Source of the DNA: Candidatus Woesearchaeota archaeon
GTDB lineage: Archaea > Nanobdellota > Nanobdellia > Woesearchaeales > UBA12501
Direction of reading: 5' to 3'
Length of the DNA: 44,242 nt
NCBI GenBank assembly: GCA_016177345.1
Contig: JACOVM010000077.1
Span: forward strand, 1 to 44,242
Shown here piece after piece: positions 26,883-35,326 of the stretch. Positions within the stretch are counted from its first letter, which is position 1. Each line of letters starts with the position of its first letter. A model generated the notes under the pieces. That model made no database searches. It had not been told where the DNA came from and saw nothing but the letters and a program-made list of their open reading frames with translations. The translations under genes were made by a program, and so were the position numbers.

Positions 26883-28088
26883 ATGCTTCGACAGTTATTC
26901 CAGTCAAAGAAGGCAACACTTGACTTTGTCCTCGGTCTTATTCTTATGATTGCACTCGTAACAGCAACAGCCATGATAGGGTTCAAGATTTTTAAGTTTG
27001 GCACTGGAGGGGCAGGATTAAAATCACTGAACAAGTTTGCAGCAAGTATCGACGAGTTTAGCACAGCAGGGCAAGGGTCAAGCTCCTCTGTTGTCCTTGA
27101 AATTGAAGAAGGGGATGTTGTTTTCGGATTTTCAAAATATGATGCTCCTTTGATGAAGATGTACAATCCAACAGTGGCAGGTATTGGCGACAGCATGACG
27201 GTGCTCCATAAATTTATCCGAAAGCCCACAGAATGTGAGAGCGGGCTTGCCTGCATCTGCTATTGTGAGGGGCATTCAACCCATGACGAGCTTGAAGCAA
27301 CCTGCTCTGCTATGGCTTGTAAGAGTATAGACGGAGTAAACTTTCAACGAATAACTGACCAGGCACTCTTGGTTCCATCTGACGACTACCTTTGGACAGG
27401 CACGAGCATGGATAGCCATCCCTTGCTGAATGGGTTTGCATTGTATAACCGAGAGACCTTGTTTCCAAAAGTTGCCTTTGATCCTGCTCCAAATGCTCTT
27501 GTCAACATGAGAAAGCCGCTTGGGGAGCTTACCCATATTCGTATCGAAAAGGGAAAAGATGACCTTGTTGCAATCTGTGTTTACCAGGAAGGGCGACAAT
27601 GCCTTAGTGAGGAAATGGAGAAAAGTTACAACGTGGCAAAAAAGACCCAAGATGCGATAAAGGCAATCGAGCAAGATATTACTGACAATAATTACGGCCA
27701 GGCTGTTCAACGCCTGAATGTTCTTCTCAGTGATAGAGAACTGTTAGAACAATTAGACAGTTATACTGCTGAAAAGCTGTATTACCTCAAAGGTATTGCA
27801 CATCTTGGAACCAAGGAATATGGCCTTGCAGAAGAATCGTTTGAGAAAAGCATTGACGTGGCAGAAATAGGAATGTTTACTGCTGATGCCAAAGCAAAAT
27901 TAGATGACGCAGTACGATTGAAGGAATGCAAGGAACTCACCTGCGAACAGCTTTCTACAAGCGAATGCGAAACAAACACGTGCGGCATTCCTTGTATTGT
28001 TATGGAAAAAACAGTGCATGAAGGAGAAGAGCCTCTAACAACAACACAAAAATACTGTACAACCCCTTCACTGGATATACTTACATAA
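26883..28088 (+). CDS. Pilin-signal protein with TPR-like segment and Cys-rich tail (401 aa)
   Basis: MLRQLFQSKKA/TLDFVLGLILMIALVTATAMIG. TPR-like YGQAVQRLNVLL...YYLKGIAHLGTKEYGLAEESFEKSI at ~27687-27870. Confidence 0.75.
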   Translation: MLRQLFQSKKATLDFVLGLILMIALVTATAMIGFKIFKFGTGGAGLKSLNKFAASIDEFSTAGQGSSSSVVLEIEEGDVVFGFSKYDAPLMKMYNPTVAGIGDSMTVLHKFIRKPTECESGLACICYCEGHSTHDELEATCSAMACKSIDGVNFQRITDQALLVPSDDYLWTGTSMDSHPLLNGFALYNRETLFPKVAFDPAPNALVNMRKPLGELTHIRIEKGKDDLVAICVYQEGRQCLSEEMEKSYNVAKKTQDAIKAIEQDITDNNYGQAVQRLNVLLSDRELLEQLDSYTAEKLYYLKGIAHLGTKEYGLAEESFEKSIDVAEIGMFTADAKAKLDDAVRLKECKELTCEQLSTSECETNTCGIPCIVMEKTVHEGEEPLTTTQKYCTTPSLDILT

Positions 28089-28091
28089 CAA

Positions 28092-28118
28092 CTACATAAT
28101 TACTACTACATAATTACT
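28092..28118. repeat. Tandem duplication ctacataattact x2 (1-nt spacer)
   Basis: Copies at 28092-28104 and 28106-28118, flanked by acataac[a/t]actacat copies at 28083-28097 and 28122-28136. Confidence 0.9.
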
Positions 28119-28163
28119 GTAACATAACTACTACATGGCCAGAAAGGCAAACAGGCGGCGATC

Positions 28164-28649
28164 ATGAAAGCATGGGCAAGAAAAGGAAATGTACTGTTCA
28201 CTATCGCAGAACTTGTTATCGCAGCAGTAGTTGTTTTTCTATTTATTAACGGAGCCTTAAAGGTGGCAACAAGCACGGCATCACAACGCAATTTTCTGGC
28301 AAATGATATTGCCACTACCATGAGCACACTCCATTCTGTGCCAGGTGATGCAACTTATATATATAAACAGGAGAGCCTTCAGAAGTATAAGTTCACAATC
28401 CAAACAGGCCTGGTAAAGGTAAGCGAGCCAGCAGCTAGTGTCATGGGAGAAGCGGTACAAACTATCGCAGTATACCCTGGTGCAGAAAAGGAAATGAGGT
28501 CTACCGTTATTGCATTTGCGCCAAGCCTTCAGCTGGTAAAAACAGGAAAGCTTGTTCATATCCAGAGCTCTCCTGAATATGAGATCCTGGAAGAACAAGC
28601 GCCAGATGTTTCCACAAGCCGTGCTACCTGTAGTGGAGACTGTGGCTAA
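28164..28649 (+). CDS. Pilin-signal protein (161 aa)
   Basis: MKAWARKG/NVLFTIAELVIAAVVVFLFI. The FTIAELVIA core resembles the bacterial FTLIEL pilin motif. Confidence 0.75.
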   Translation: MKAWARKGNVLFTIAELVIAAVVVFLFINGALKVATSTASQRNFLANDIATTMSTLHSVPGDATYIYKQESLQKYKFTIQTGLVKVSEPAASVMGEAVQTIAVYPGAEKEMRSTVIAFAPSLQLVKTGKLVHIQSSPEYEILEEQAPDVSTSRATCSGDCG

Positions 28650-28710
28650 TGGCAGAATCTCATCTGTTCATAAACCAATGAGATTTGCTATAACAAAGAA
28701 TAGGTGAATA

Positions 28711-28733
28711 GTGAAATAAAATGGTGAAATAAA
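28711..28733. repeat. Direct repeat gtgaaataaa x2 (3-nt spacer), preceded by gtgaata
   Basis: Copies at 28711-28720 and 28724-28733, with a related gtgaata at 28704-28710. Confidence 0.9.
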
Positions 28734-28777
28734 GAACATTAGAGTACCTGAAGCATAATCAGTGGACTTGCAAATCT

Positions 28778-29614
28778 ATGGCCTCAATCGTAACAAATAA
28801 GAGGGACAATCGAAGAGCCCTGCTGCTCATCATTCTTCTCCTTACAAGCATAGCGCTCTTCAGCAGTGTTGGCCATGCCCTTCTTATTGACCAGGATCAG
28901 TTTACAAACACAGCACTTCAAGAAAAGATAAGCCTGCTTGAGCTTCAAAGCAGAAAAACCATCGTTGTTGCGATCACCAAAACCTCAACTCAGCCATTTG
29001 ACGATGGAGTCTCGCTTCTCCAAGAGCATCAAGCAGACCTTGTTGTTTTATACCGATATCAAGAAAATAAGATTGCAGTCATTCAGCCTATTGATGCATG
29101 GCTTTCAGACGCTGAGATAAAAGAGATTATAGATAAGCACGCTGCAGAAAAGGAGCAAGCGATTACACCGGAAGAAAAAAATAGTTACATTATCGCTATT
29201 CTCGATGAAATTACTCCCTTGCTTATTGCTGCAAAAGATACCAGAAGCTATTGTGCCGCTGTTAAAGACGGCTATTGCGATCCAAAATGTGAGGGAATAG
29301 ACATGGACTGCTTGTGTGGTGATGCAATCTGCCAGTATCACGAAGTTAAGGCAACGTGCAGTGCAGATTGTGGAGGGGCTAGAGAAACCTTTTGCTCAAT
29401 TCTCCGAGATGGCATTTGCGATGAGAATTGCAAAAGGGATATTGATTGCGGGTTTGGAAAGCTTATGGCAGTAACTGAACAAGTTCAACAAAAGACGAAG
29501 CTCCAATACAGTACAATCCTTGGCATCCTCTATGCTGTTTTTTTAGCAGCCTCTGTCGTGTTCGGCTTCCTCCTCTATCAGGAACGCCAGCAAAAAAAGG
29601 AAAGAAAAAGCTAA
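28778..29614 (+). CDS. Type I membrane protein with Cys-rich D-G-x-C-D-x-x-C modules (278 aa)
   Basis: Sec-type signal RRALLLIILLLTSIALFSSVGHA. C-terminal TM ILGILYAVFLAASVVFGFLLY plus a KKERKS tail. DGYCDPKCEGIDMDC and DGICDENCKRDIDCG are also present. Confidence 0.75.
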   Translation: MASIVTNKRDNRRALLLIILLLTSIALFSSVGHALLIDQDQFTNTALQEKISLLELQSRKTIVVAITKTSTQPFDDGVSLLQEHQADLVVLYRYQENKIAVIQPIDAWLSDAEIKEIIDKHAAEKEQAITPEEKNSYIIAILDEITPLLIAAKDTRSYCAAVKDGYCDPKCEGIDMDCLCGDAICQYHEVKATCSADCGGARETFCSILRDGICDENCKRDIDCGFGKLMAVTEQVQQKTKLQYSTILGILYAVFLAASVVFGFLLYQERQQKKERKS

Positions 29615-29626
29615 AGAAAAGCTAAA
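29604..29626. repeat. Near-tandem gaaaa(a)gctaaa x2
   Basis: Copies at 29604-29615 and 29616-29626. The first copy contains the TAA stop of 28778-29614. Confidence 0.85.
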
Positions 29627-29662
29627 AAATGAAGAAAGGCATCGCGGAAGACGATTGAGATC

Positions 29663-30205
29663 ATGAAGGCCATAAGAAAACGAATGATAAAAAACTGGAA
29701 CCAACAGGCACAAGCAAGCGCTGATAGTGCAGGAAAAACGATAACGTACCTTTGTGCAGTAATCATTCTCGGGCTTGCTGCAGTGGGCTTCTCTGTTGTT
29801 GCAGCACACTTGCAAAGCGATACCCAATTCATCAAGCCCGGCGTCGAAAAGCTTATTGGAAAACACCGATTCCTCCACACTAGCGCCTGTTTTTCATACG
29901 AAGACCAGCTCACGGGAAGGGCAATGCCAAGAGTGATTGACCTTGAAAAAATGACCCAAGAGCGCTTAGAAGAATGTTACATGGTAGAGCAGAAGTCTCA
30001 AAACCAGTGCTTTCAGCTCCAGCTCTTGAGAAGGGAACCAAAAGAGCCTGAGGAGCCGGAAAAGCCACTTCGCGAGATCCAGACAGCAAACTGGGTTGAC
30101 TGTTTTGTCACGAAACAGCGAGAAGAGACAGACATCGAATACGTTCTCATCAAAGAAGGAGATCAACTCAGCCAAGGAATAATGAAGATAAGAATGATGA
30201 GATGA
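29663..30205 (+). CDS. N-terminally anchored protein, non-canonical pilin-like signal (180 aa)
   Basis: ..QASADSAGKTITYLCAVIILGLAAVGFSVVAAH. A hydrophobic helix is present but the [KR]-[GA] site is atypical. Confidence 0.6.
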   Translation: MKAIRKRMIKNWNQQAQASADSAGKTITYLCAVIILGLAAVGFSVVAAHLQSDTQFIKPGVEKLIGKHRFLHTSACFSYEDQLTGRAMPRVIDLEKMTQERLEECYMVEQKSQNQCFQLQLLRREPKEPEEPEKPLREIQTANWVDCFVTKQREETDIEYVLIKEGDQLSQGIMKIRMMR

Positions 30206-30226
30206 AGAGGGCGGGAGCCTAACGAG

Positions 30227-30880
30227 ATGTGCATCATGAAATTATTCCACAATACAAAAGGAGTTGACATGCAGGACTGGTTTGGCATCGTATTCTCGGT
30301 AGTTATCGGCGCATTTGTTTTTTTTGGCATGGCAGGCCTTCTCATGGTTACTGCGCAGCACGAGAAGACTGTCCTTAAAGAGATCACCTCTGTAGTTGAT
30401 GATTCCTTTTTCTTAATGACTTATGTAAGAACTCCTCTCTCTTCACAAACAATAGAGGGAGAAGAGGAAAACAAAGAGCTATCCTCTGTTCAAACGTATC
30501 TGGCTGAGGAAGGGCTTACGATGGCCCAGCTTATTGACATTGTTGGAAACAAAAAAGAAGCAAAAGCGCTTTTTCATGAAACAAGGGCAGGAATACCTGA
30601 AGAGATGCGAACATTGTCAGATGAGGAAGTAGAAGGCTTGCTTGAGCAGCTTCTTGATGCTTATAATAAAGACCTCTTCACTGCACGATATGGAGTACAA
30701 GGATGGAGCCTCATCATAGACTATCCGGAACAGTACAGAAATGATATTGATATTATCCATGATACAGGTGGGCTTGGTGGGGGAAGAGCAACAGAGATAA
30801 CAATTCCGACAATCGACGGAAAAAATGTGATAACCATACGCCTCGTGAGGAATATTCATGCAGTTGTTGTCAGGCCCTAA
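30227..30880 (+). CDS. Pilin-signal protein (217 aa)
   Basis: MCIMKLFHNTKG/VDMQDWFGIVFSVVIGAFVFFGMAGLL. Confidence 0.7.
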   Translation: MCIMKLFHNTKGVDMQDWFGIVFSVVIGAFVFFGMAGLLMVTAQHEKTVLKEITSVVDDSFFLMTYVRTPLSSQTIEGEEENKELSSVQTYLAEEGLTMAQLIDIVGNKKEAKALFHETRAGIPEEMRTLSDEEVEGLLEQLLDAYNKDLFTARYGVQGWSLIIDYPEQYRNDIDIIHDTGGLGGGRATEITIPTIDGKNVITIRLVRNIHAVVVRP

Positions 30881-30967
30881 GAGTGTATTATGATCATAAA
30901 GAATATCAATAACATAATCAATTAATCAATGAGTGAAAGATAAGGAAATATAAGAAAGCGAAAAAAG

Positions 30968-33900
30968 ATGATAGAAAAAAAAAGAACAAAAAGGATAATG
31001 AAGCCCTGGAAGAAAAAAGGGGCGTATGAACTCTACTTTGGAATTATCGGTGTTGTTATAGCCCTCTTTGTCCTCCTTTATTTTTCGCTTGCTGAAGAAA
31101 AGGGAAGTAGGTTTATAGGAGAGCAGCAGCTGCAAGTGCTTGTTGCCGATGCAAAAGTACAGTCATCCCTCCTTTATCTTGATCAAGCCTCTGGATATGC
31201 AGTCCAACAAGCTATTTATACCCTTGCTGCAAAAGGAGGCTTTAGTAAAGAAACTACTTGTGGAACGTATTATGGGGCAGCATCTTGGCAGACTGTTGTT
31301 CAAGAGGAAGCACAAGGTCGCCAGGTGAGCCAACATGTTCAAAGTTGCAATCCTCTTGTTCAGCTCCACCAATCCTTTGAGGAGGAGCTCAATGAGCAGC
31401 TTCAGCGATACCTTCAGCATGACCAACAGCTGCGAGAATTTCTTTTTCACCTTCAGATTAAAGAAGGGGGTGCACAAGAGGATTGGACTAATAAGGTAAG
31501 AGAGGATGAAGATACTTCTGGTATCCCCCATATGCCTAGCCGGTATACCACAGTTATTGGGACTACAGATACCCCATTAAAAGTAGATATCCTTAAGGAA
31601 CTGCAAGAGGACGAAGGCCTTAATTCGGCTTCATCATCATTTGGGGTATATCCATCTACCGAGGGAGAAACTGGATTTTTTTCAAGAAAAGGAATGCCTA
31701 TTGATAGAATCGTCGTGCACTACACGGTATCATCAACAACAGAAGCGACTGTTCAAACCTTTTTAGAGGAAGAGGTTAGCATCCATTACATTCTGGGTAC
31801 GGAAGAAGAAGGCTTCAAGGTAACTCAGATGGTGCCAGAAGAATTTGGGGCCTATCATGCGGGGGGATGTTCTGACGCAACGTGTAAGCCTGGTGTTTAT
31901 GAAAACATGAATATACGAGCTATTGGAATTGAAATTGTCAATTGGGGATTTCAGAGATGTGGCACTGCAAAGCAAGGCCAATGTCCTGAAGGATGCCAAG
32001 GGCCATACGAGCGGCTCTGTGTAAATGATAACAAAGAAGCGTGTGGCACAATATTATATTGTTGGCAGCCATACCCAGAAGGCCAATATCTTGCGCTGGT
32101 TCAACTTATTGCAGACATTGTTGAGCGGCACAAAACCCTTCAGACTGAGCAAGGATTGACAACAAGAGCTAATATTATCGGGCACAATGAGATCAAATAC
32201 CAAAAATCAGATCCGGGGCCAAGGGAAGTTATGGATCTCGACAGGCTTACTAATGATGTAAATACTGAGCTGATGAGTAGAAAATCCCTTGCTTCAACGA
32301 TGACCCCGGTTCTTGGGGCAGCGATTGCTCCGGCGGACACAATGTCTGAAGAGCAAAATAGTGCAGATGCTAGCGAACAAGAGGGTGAAAAACAAGGAGT
32401 ATATCAGATTCAGCCAACCTTTGCCACAACACTAGCTTACTCTTTTACCGACTACTCCCTATTAACAGATGCACTCTATGGAGAGAACGGTGTTGTCAAC
32501 AAGACCTTAGCCTGTGAAAAACAAGGCAGGGTTGTTGAGGAATGCCTCGTCGAGGCAACAGAGTCAATAAACAATGAAGTGCTCAGCAAGCAAGGGCTTC
32601 TATTGTACAATGGAGACTGTGATGTTCAGTCGAATGTAAAAACAGATTTCTTAGAGTACTATTCTCTTTGCCAACAATCAGGGCAGGACCAATGTATATG
32701 CACGATATCCTTAGCAAAAGATCCTAAACAGCATGGGCTAGTTGAGTTTAGTGTCGGTGGAGACGAACAAACAGAAGCCATGCCTTTTTATGATCATGAA
32801 TCAGCTGTTTTTCGCCCTGATGAGCATCTTGAGACAATATCGTTAGGTACCGTACAGGATCTTGATGAGGAACCAACATTCAACGAAGAAGAAATGCTTA
32901 CTATCCATATGGCTGAAAACATGATCAACAAAAAGCTGCCATTCTACAAAAAAGATGAAAATCTGTATTTTGTGGAGGATGGGAAAACAGGCGCAGTCCC
33001 TCAATGCAGGGAACAAAAAAGGATGTTCCTGTTTTGTGCTGTACAGCAAGACATACAACGAGTAATCTATGACCCAATTGAACAAGAGATTGCAAACAAG
33101 AATGTAGAATACAAATTCGCTATTGCATTTCCAGACATTACCCCGCCAAAGCCGGTAAAAAATAGCATTGCCTATGACAAGCCAGGAGCAGAAGATTCTG
33201 TCATCCTCACTTGGGATAAAAGTGAAGAGAAAGATATTGAGGCTTTTTCAGTATTTGTTGCACCAGAACAAGGGGATCTAGCTGGCCTCTTTGATCAAGA
33301 AACAAGCAGGATAAAAGAAGAGCTTCAACCACAAGAATTCTTCATAAAGGATGTTGTTCTTCTCGAAGGAGGCATTACCAGAGAGGACCTTCAAACTTGC
33401 ACCTGGAATTTGGAAGAAAAAATGTGTGAAACAACATTGCTCAATGGTGAAAAGATTGTTCTCGATGAAGGTATTCTGTACGAGACAACAGATGATGCAC
33501 CATACTACCTTCTTGTTTTGCATGCCATTCCTAACGGCATACCCCACCAATTTGCAATTACTGCAAGAGACATTTTCAAAAATGAAATAAATAATCTTGA
33601 TGATGGCCAGAAAATAAATAAAAAGAGTGGAACGTCAAAAGATGACTTGCCGCCGGAGATGATAGGCCCGGCAAGGACTATGCTCATCGAAGAAACAGAA
33701 GGAGATAAAGTAACAAAAAAGATACGCGTTGAATGGGATCTTCCAACACATAATATGGATGGCGGTAGTGTGGATGATGTTTCCTCATTCATTATAAAAT
33801 ATAGTAGAGAACGGGGGGCAACGAAAAAAACTGCTCAAAAAGAAGAATCGTGCACTGGGCAATTATGCTCCACGTTCTTACCCTATCTTGGCCAAGGGCT

Positions 33901-33982
33901 TATCCAAGTTGGCGCCCTTGATGACCAAAAAAATATATTCCAGGACTGGGAGACGTATACCCCAGTAGCAACAGTTTCTTAG
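30968..33982 (+). CDS. Pilin-signal protein carrying an Amidase_2 (N-acetylmuramoyl-L-alanine amidase / PGRP-type) domain + beta-rich C-terminal modules (1004 aa)
   Basis: WKKKG/AYELYFGIIGVVIALFVLLYF. Amidase core at ~31690-32220: IDRIVVHYT, GAYHAGG, IGIEIVNWG, IIGHNEI, KSDPGP (AmpD-type H/H/D zinc triad pattern), with Cys-rich insertions. Confidence 0.8.
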   Translation: MIEKKRTKRIMKPWKKKGAYELYFGIIGVVIALFVLLYFSLAEEKGSRFIGEQQLQVLVADAKVQSSLLYLDQASGYAVQQAIYTLAAKGGFSKETTCGTYYGAASWQTVVQEEAQGRQVSQHVQSCNPLVQLHQSFEEELNEQLQRYLQHDQQLREFLFHLQIKEGGAQEDWTNKVREDEDTSGIPHMPSRYTTVIGTTDTPLKVDILKELQEDEGLNSASSSFGVYPSTEGETGFFSRKGMPIDRIVVHYTVSSTTEATVQTFLEEEVSIHYILGTEEEGFKVTQMVPEEFGAYHAGGCSDATCKPGVYENMNIRAIGIEIVNWGFQRCGTAKQGQCPEGCQGPYERLCVNDNKEACGTILYCWQPYPEGQYLALVQLIADIVERHKTLQTEQGLTTRANIIGHNEIKYQKSDPGPREVMDLDRLTNDVNTELMSRKSLASTMTPVLGAAIAPADTMSEEQNSADASEQEGEKQGVYQIQPTFATTLAYSFTDYSLLTDALYGENGVVNKTLACEKQGRVVEECLVEATESINNEVLSKQGLLLYNGDCDVQSNVKTDFLEYYSLCQQSGQDQCICTISLAKDPKQHGLVEFSVGGDEQTEAMPFYDHESAVFRPDEHLETISLGTVQDLDEEPTFNEEEMLTIHMAENMINKKLPFYKKDENLYFVEDGKTGAVPQCREQKRMFLFCAVQQDIQRVIYDPIEQEIANKNVEYKFAIAFPDITPPKPVKNSIAYDKPGAEDSVILTWDKSEEKDIEAFSVFVAPEQGDLAGLFDQETSRIKEELQPQEFFIKDVVLLEGGITREDLQTCTWNLEEKMCETTLLNGEKIVLDEGILYETTDDAPYYLLVLHAIPNGIPHQFAITARDIFKNEINNLDDGQKINKKSGTSKDDLPPEMIGPARTMLIEETEGDKVTKKIRVEWDLPTHNMDGGSVDDVSSFIIKYSRERGATKKTAQKEESCTGQLCSTFLPYLGQGLIQVGALDDQKNIFQDWETYTPVATVS

Positions 33983-34050
33983 CTGGTGGGGTGACCGGCC
34001 TACTTGTACCACAACAAAAAATATAAACGATGCGCAAATACCTGCTCTGA

Positions 34051-34080
34051 GAACATACCAAGAAAGAACATACCAAGAAA
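34051..34080. repeat. Exact tandem duplication gaacataccaagaaa x2
   Basis: Copies at 34051-34065 and 34066-34080, ~20 nt upstream of the RPA start. Confidence 0.95.
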
Positions 34081-34099
34081 ATAGAACTAGGCGGATACC

Positions 34100-35317
34100 A
34101 TGATTAAAATGCCTTACGAGCAGATCCTTGAAAAGATCCGGTCTTCTGCTGCTATTTCTGAAGACGAGCTTCAACAGCGAATCCAGGAAAAAATGGACCA
34201 GCTTGCAGGCCTCATCTCTAAAGAGGGTGCAGCCCACATTATTGCAAATGAGCTTGGGATAAAATTGCTTGAACAGCAAACTGGAAGGCTAAAAATAAAA
34301 AACACGCTGCCTGGCATGCGGAATGTGGAAGTGGTTGCTAAGGTTCAAGAGCGGTATGAAGTGAGAGAATTTCAGAAAGATGACCGAGTTGGAAAGGTAG
34401 GGTCTTGCCTTATTGAAGATGATACCCAGAAAATAAGGCTTGTTTTCTGGGGCAACATGACAGACCAGCTTCTTCGCCTCGAAAAAGGGGATATTATTAA
34501 AGTCCAAGGGGGGTATGTCAAGGACAATAATGGAAGGCGAGAAATTCATCTTAATGAAAAGTCGACCATTACAGTAAATCCTACAGGAGAGGACGTTGAT
34601 ATCAAAGAACAAATGATCACTAGAAAATCAGTTTCATCACTAAAAGAACAAGATGATAATGTAGAGCTCTTTGGAACCATTGTCCAATTGTATGACATTC
34701 ACTTCTTTGAGCTGTGCCCACGCTGCCAAAAAAGAGTAAAGCAGAGAATAGTAAACCATCACCAGAATGAGCAAGGAGAAACTATATCTGAGGCTATCTT
34801 TGCCTGTGATTATCATGGGGATATTACCCCGCAGTATTCTTGCGTGATGAACTGCTACCTTGATGATGGGACGGGAAATGTTCGCTTAGTGTTTTTTCAG
34901 CAGCAAATCCAGCAGCTCCTCCAAAAAACAGGGGCTGAGCTGATGGAATACCGGCAAGAACAAAAGAAATTTGAAGAGGCGAAACAAGACCTTCTCGGGA
35001 GGATTATTAAGGCATCTGGCCGGGCCAACAAGAATATCATGTTCGATCGAATGGAGTTTATTGTTGCGCATGCCGATAGAAATCCAGATCCAAAAAAAGA
35101 AATCGAGCGGCTCCAGCACGAACGAAAACAGCTCTCTGTTGGAGAAAAGACGCTTGAAGAACTCCAACAAGACAATAGCGGGCTGCTCTCCAGAAATATA
35201 GTCTTGACCTCCAATGGGCGAACACAAGTGAATACAGAGAATGCCCCCCTTAACGCTATTGAAGAGCACCTTACCAGAGACAATGATGAAAATAGCGATT
35301 CTAAAGAAGAAATTTAG
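34100..35317 (+). CDS. Replication protein A-like ssDNA-binding protein (OB folds + zinc ribbon)
   Basis: N-terminal ISKEGAAHIIANELGI helix domain, an OB-like VVAKVQERYEVREFQKDDRVGKVGSCLIEDDTQKIRLVFW, a CPRC..x..CDYH zinc ribbon inside a second OB, and a charged tail. Confidence 0.7.
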   Translation: MIKMPYEQILEKIRSSAAISEDELQQRIQEKMDQLAGLISKEGAAHIIANELGIKLLEQQTGRLKIKNTLPGMRNVEVVAKVQERYEVREFQKDDRVGKVGSCLIEDDTQKIRLVFWGNMTDQLLRLEKGDIIKVQGGYVKDNNGRREIHLNEKSTITVNPTGEDVDIKEQMITRKSVSSLKEQDDNVELFGTIVQLYDIHFFELCPRCQKRVKQRIVNHHQNEQGETISEAIFACDYHGDITPQYSCVMNCYLDDGTGNVRLVFFQQQIQQLLQKTGAELMEYRQEQKKFEEAKQDLLGRIIKASGRANKNIMFDRMEFIVAHADRNPDPKKEIERLQHERKQLSVGEKTLEELQQDNSGLLSRNIVLTSNGRTQVNTENAPLNAIEEHLTRDNDENSDSKEEI

Positions 35318-35326
35318 AGAGCGTTT

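Noticed and set aside
15148-34080. Short tandem repeats considered as a degenerate CRISPR array or dispersed repeat family.
   Set aside because: There are only 2-3 directly adjacent copies with no spacers. The units are 9-16 bp and unrelated to each other, so this is not CRISPR architecture.
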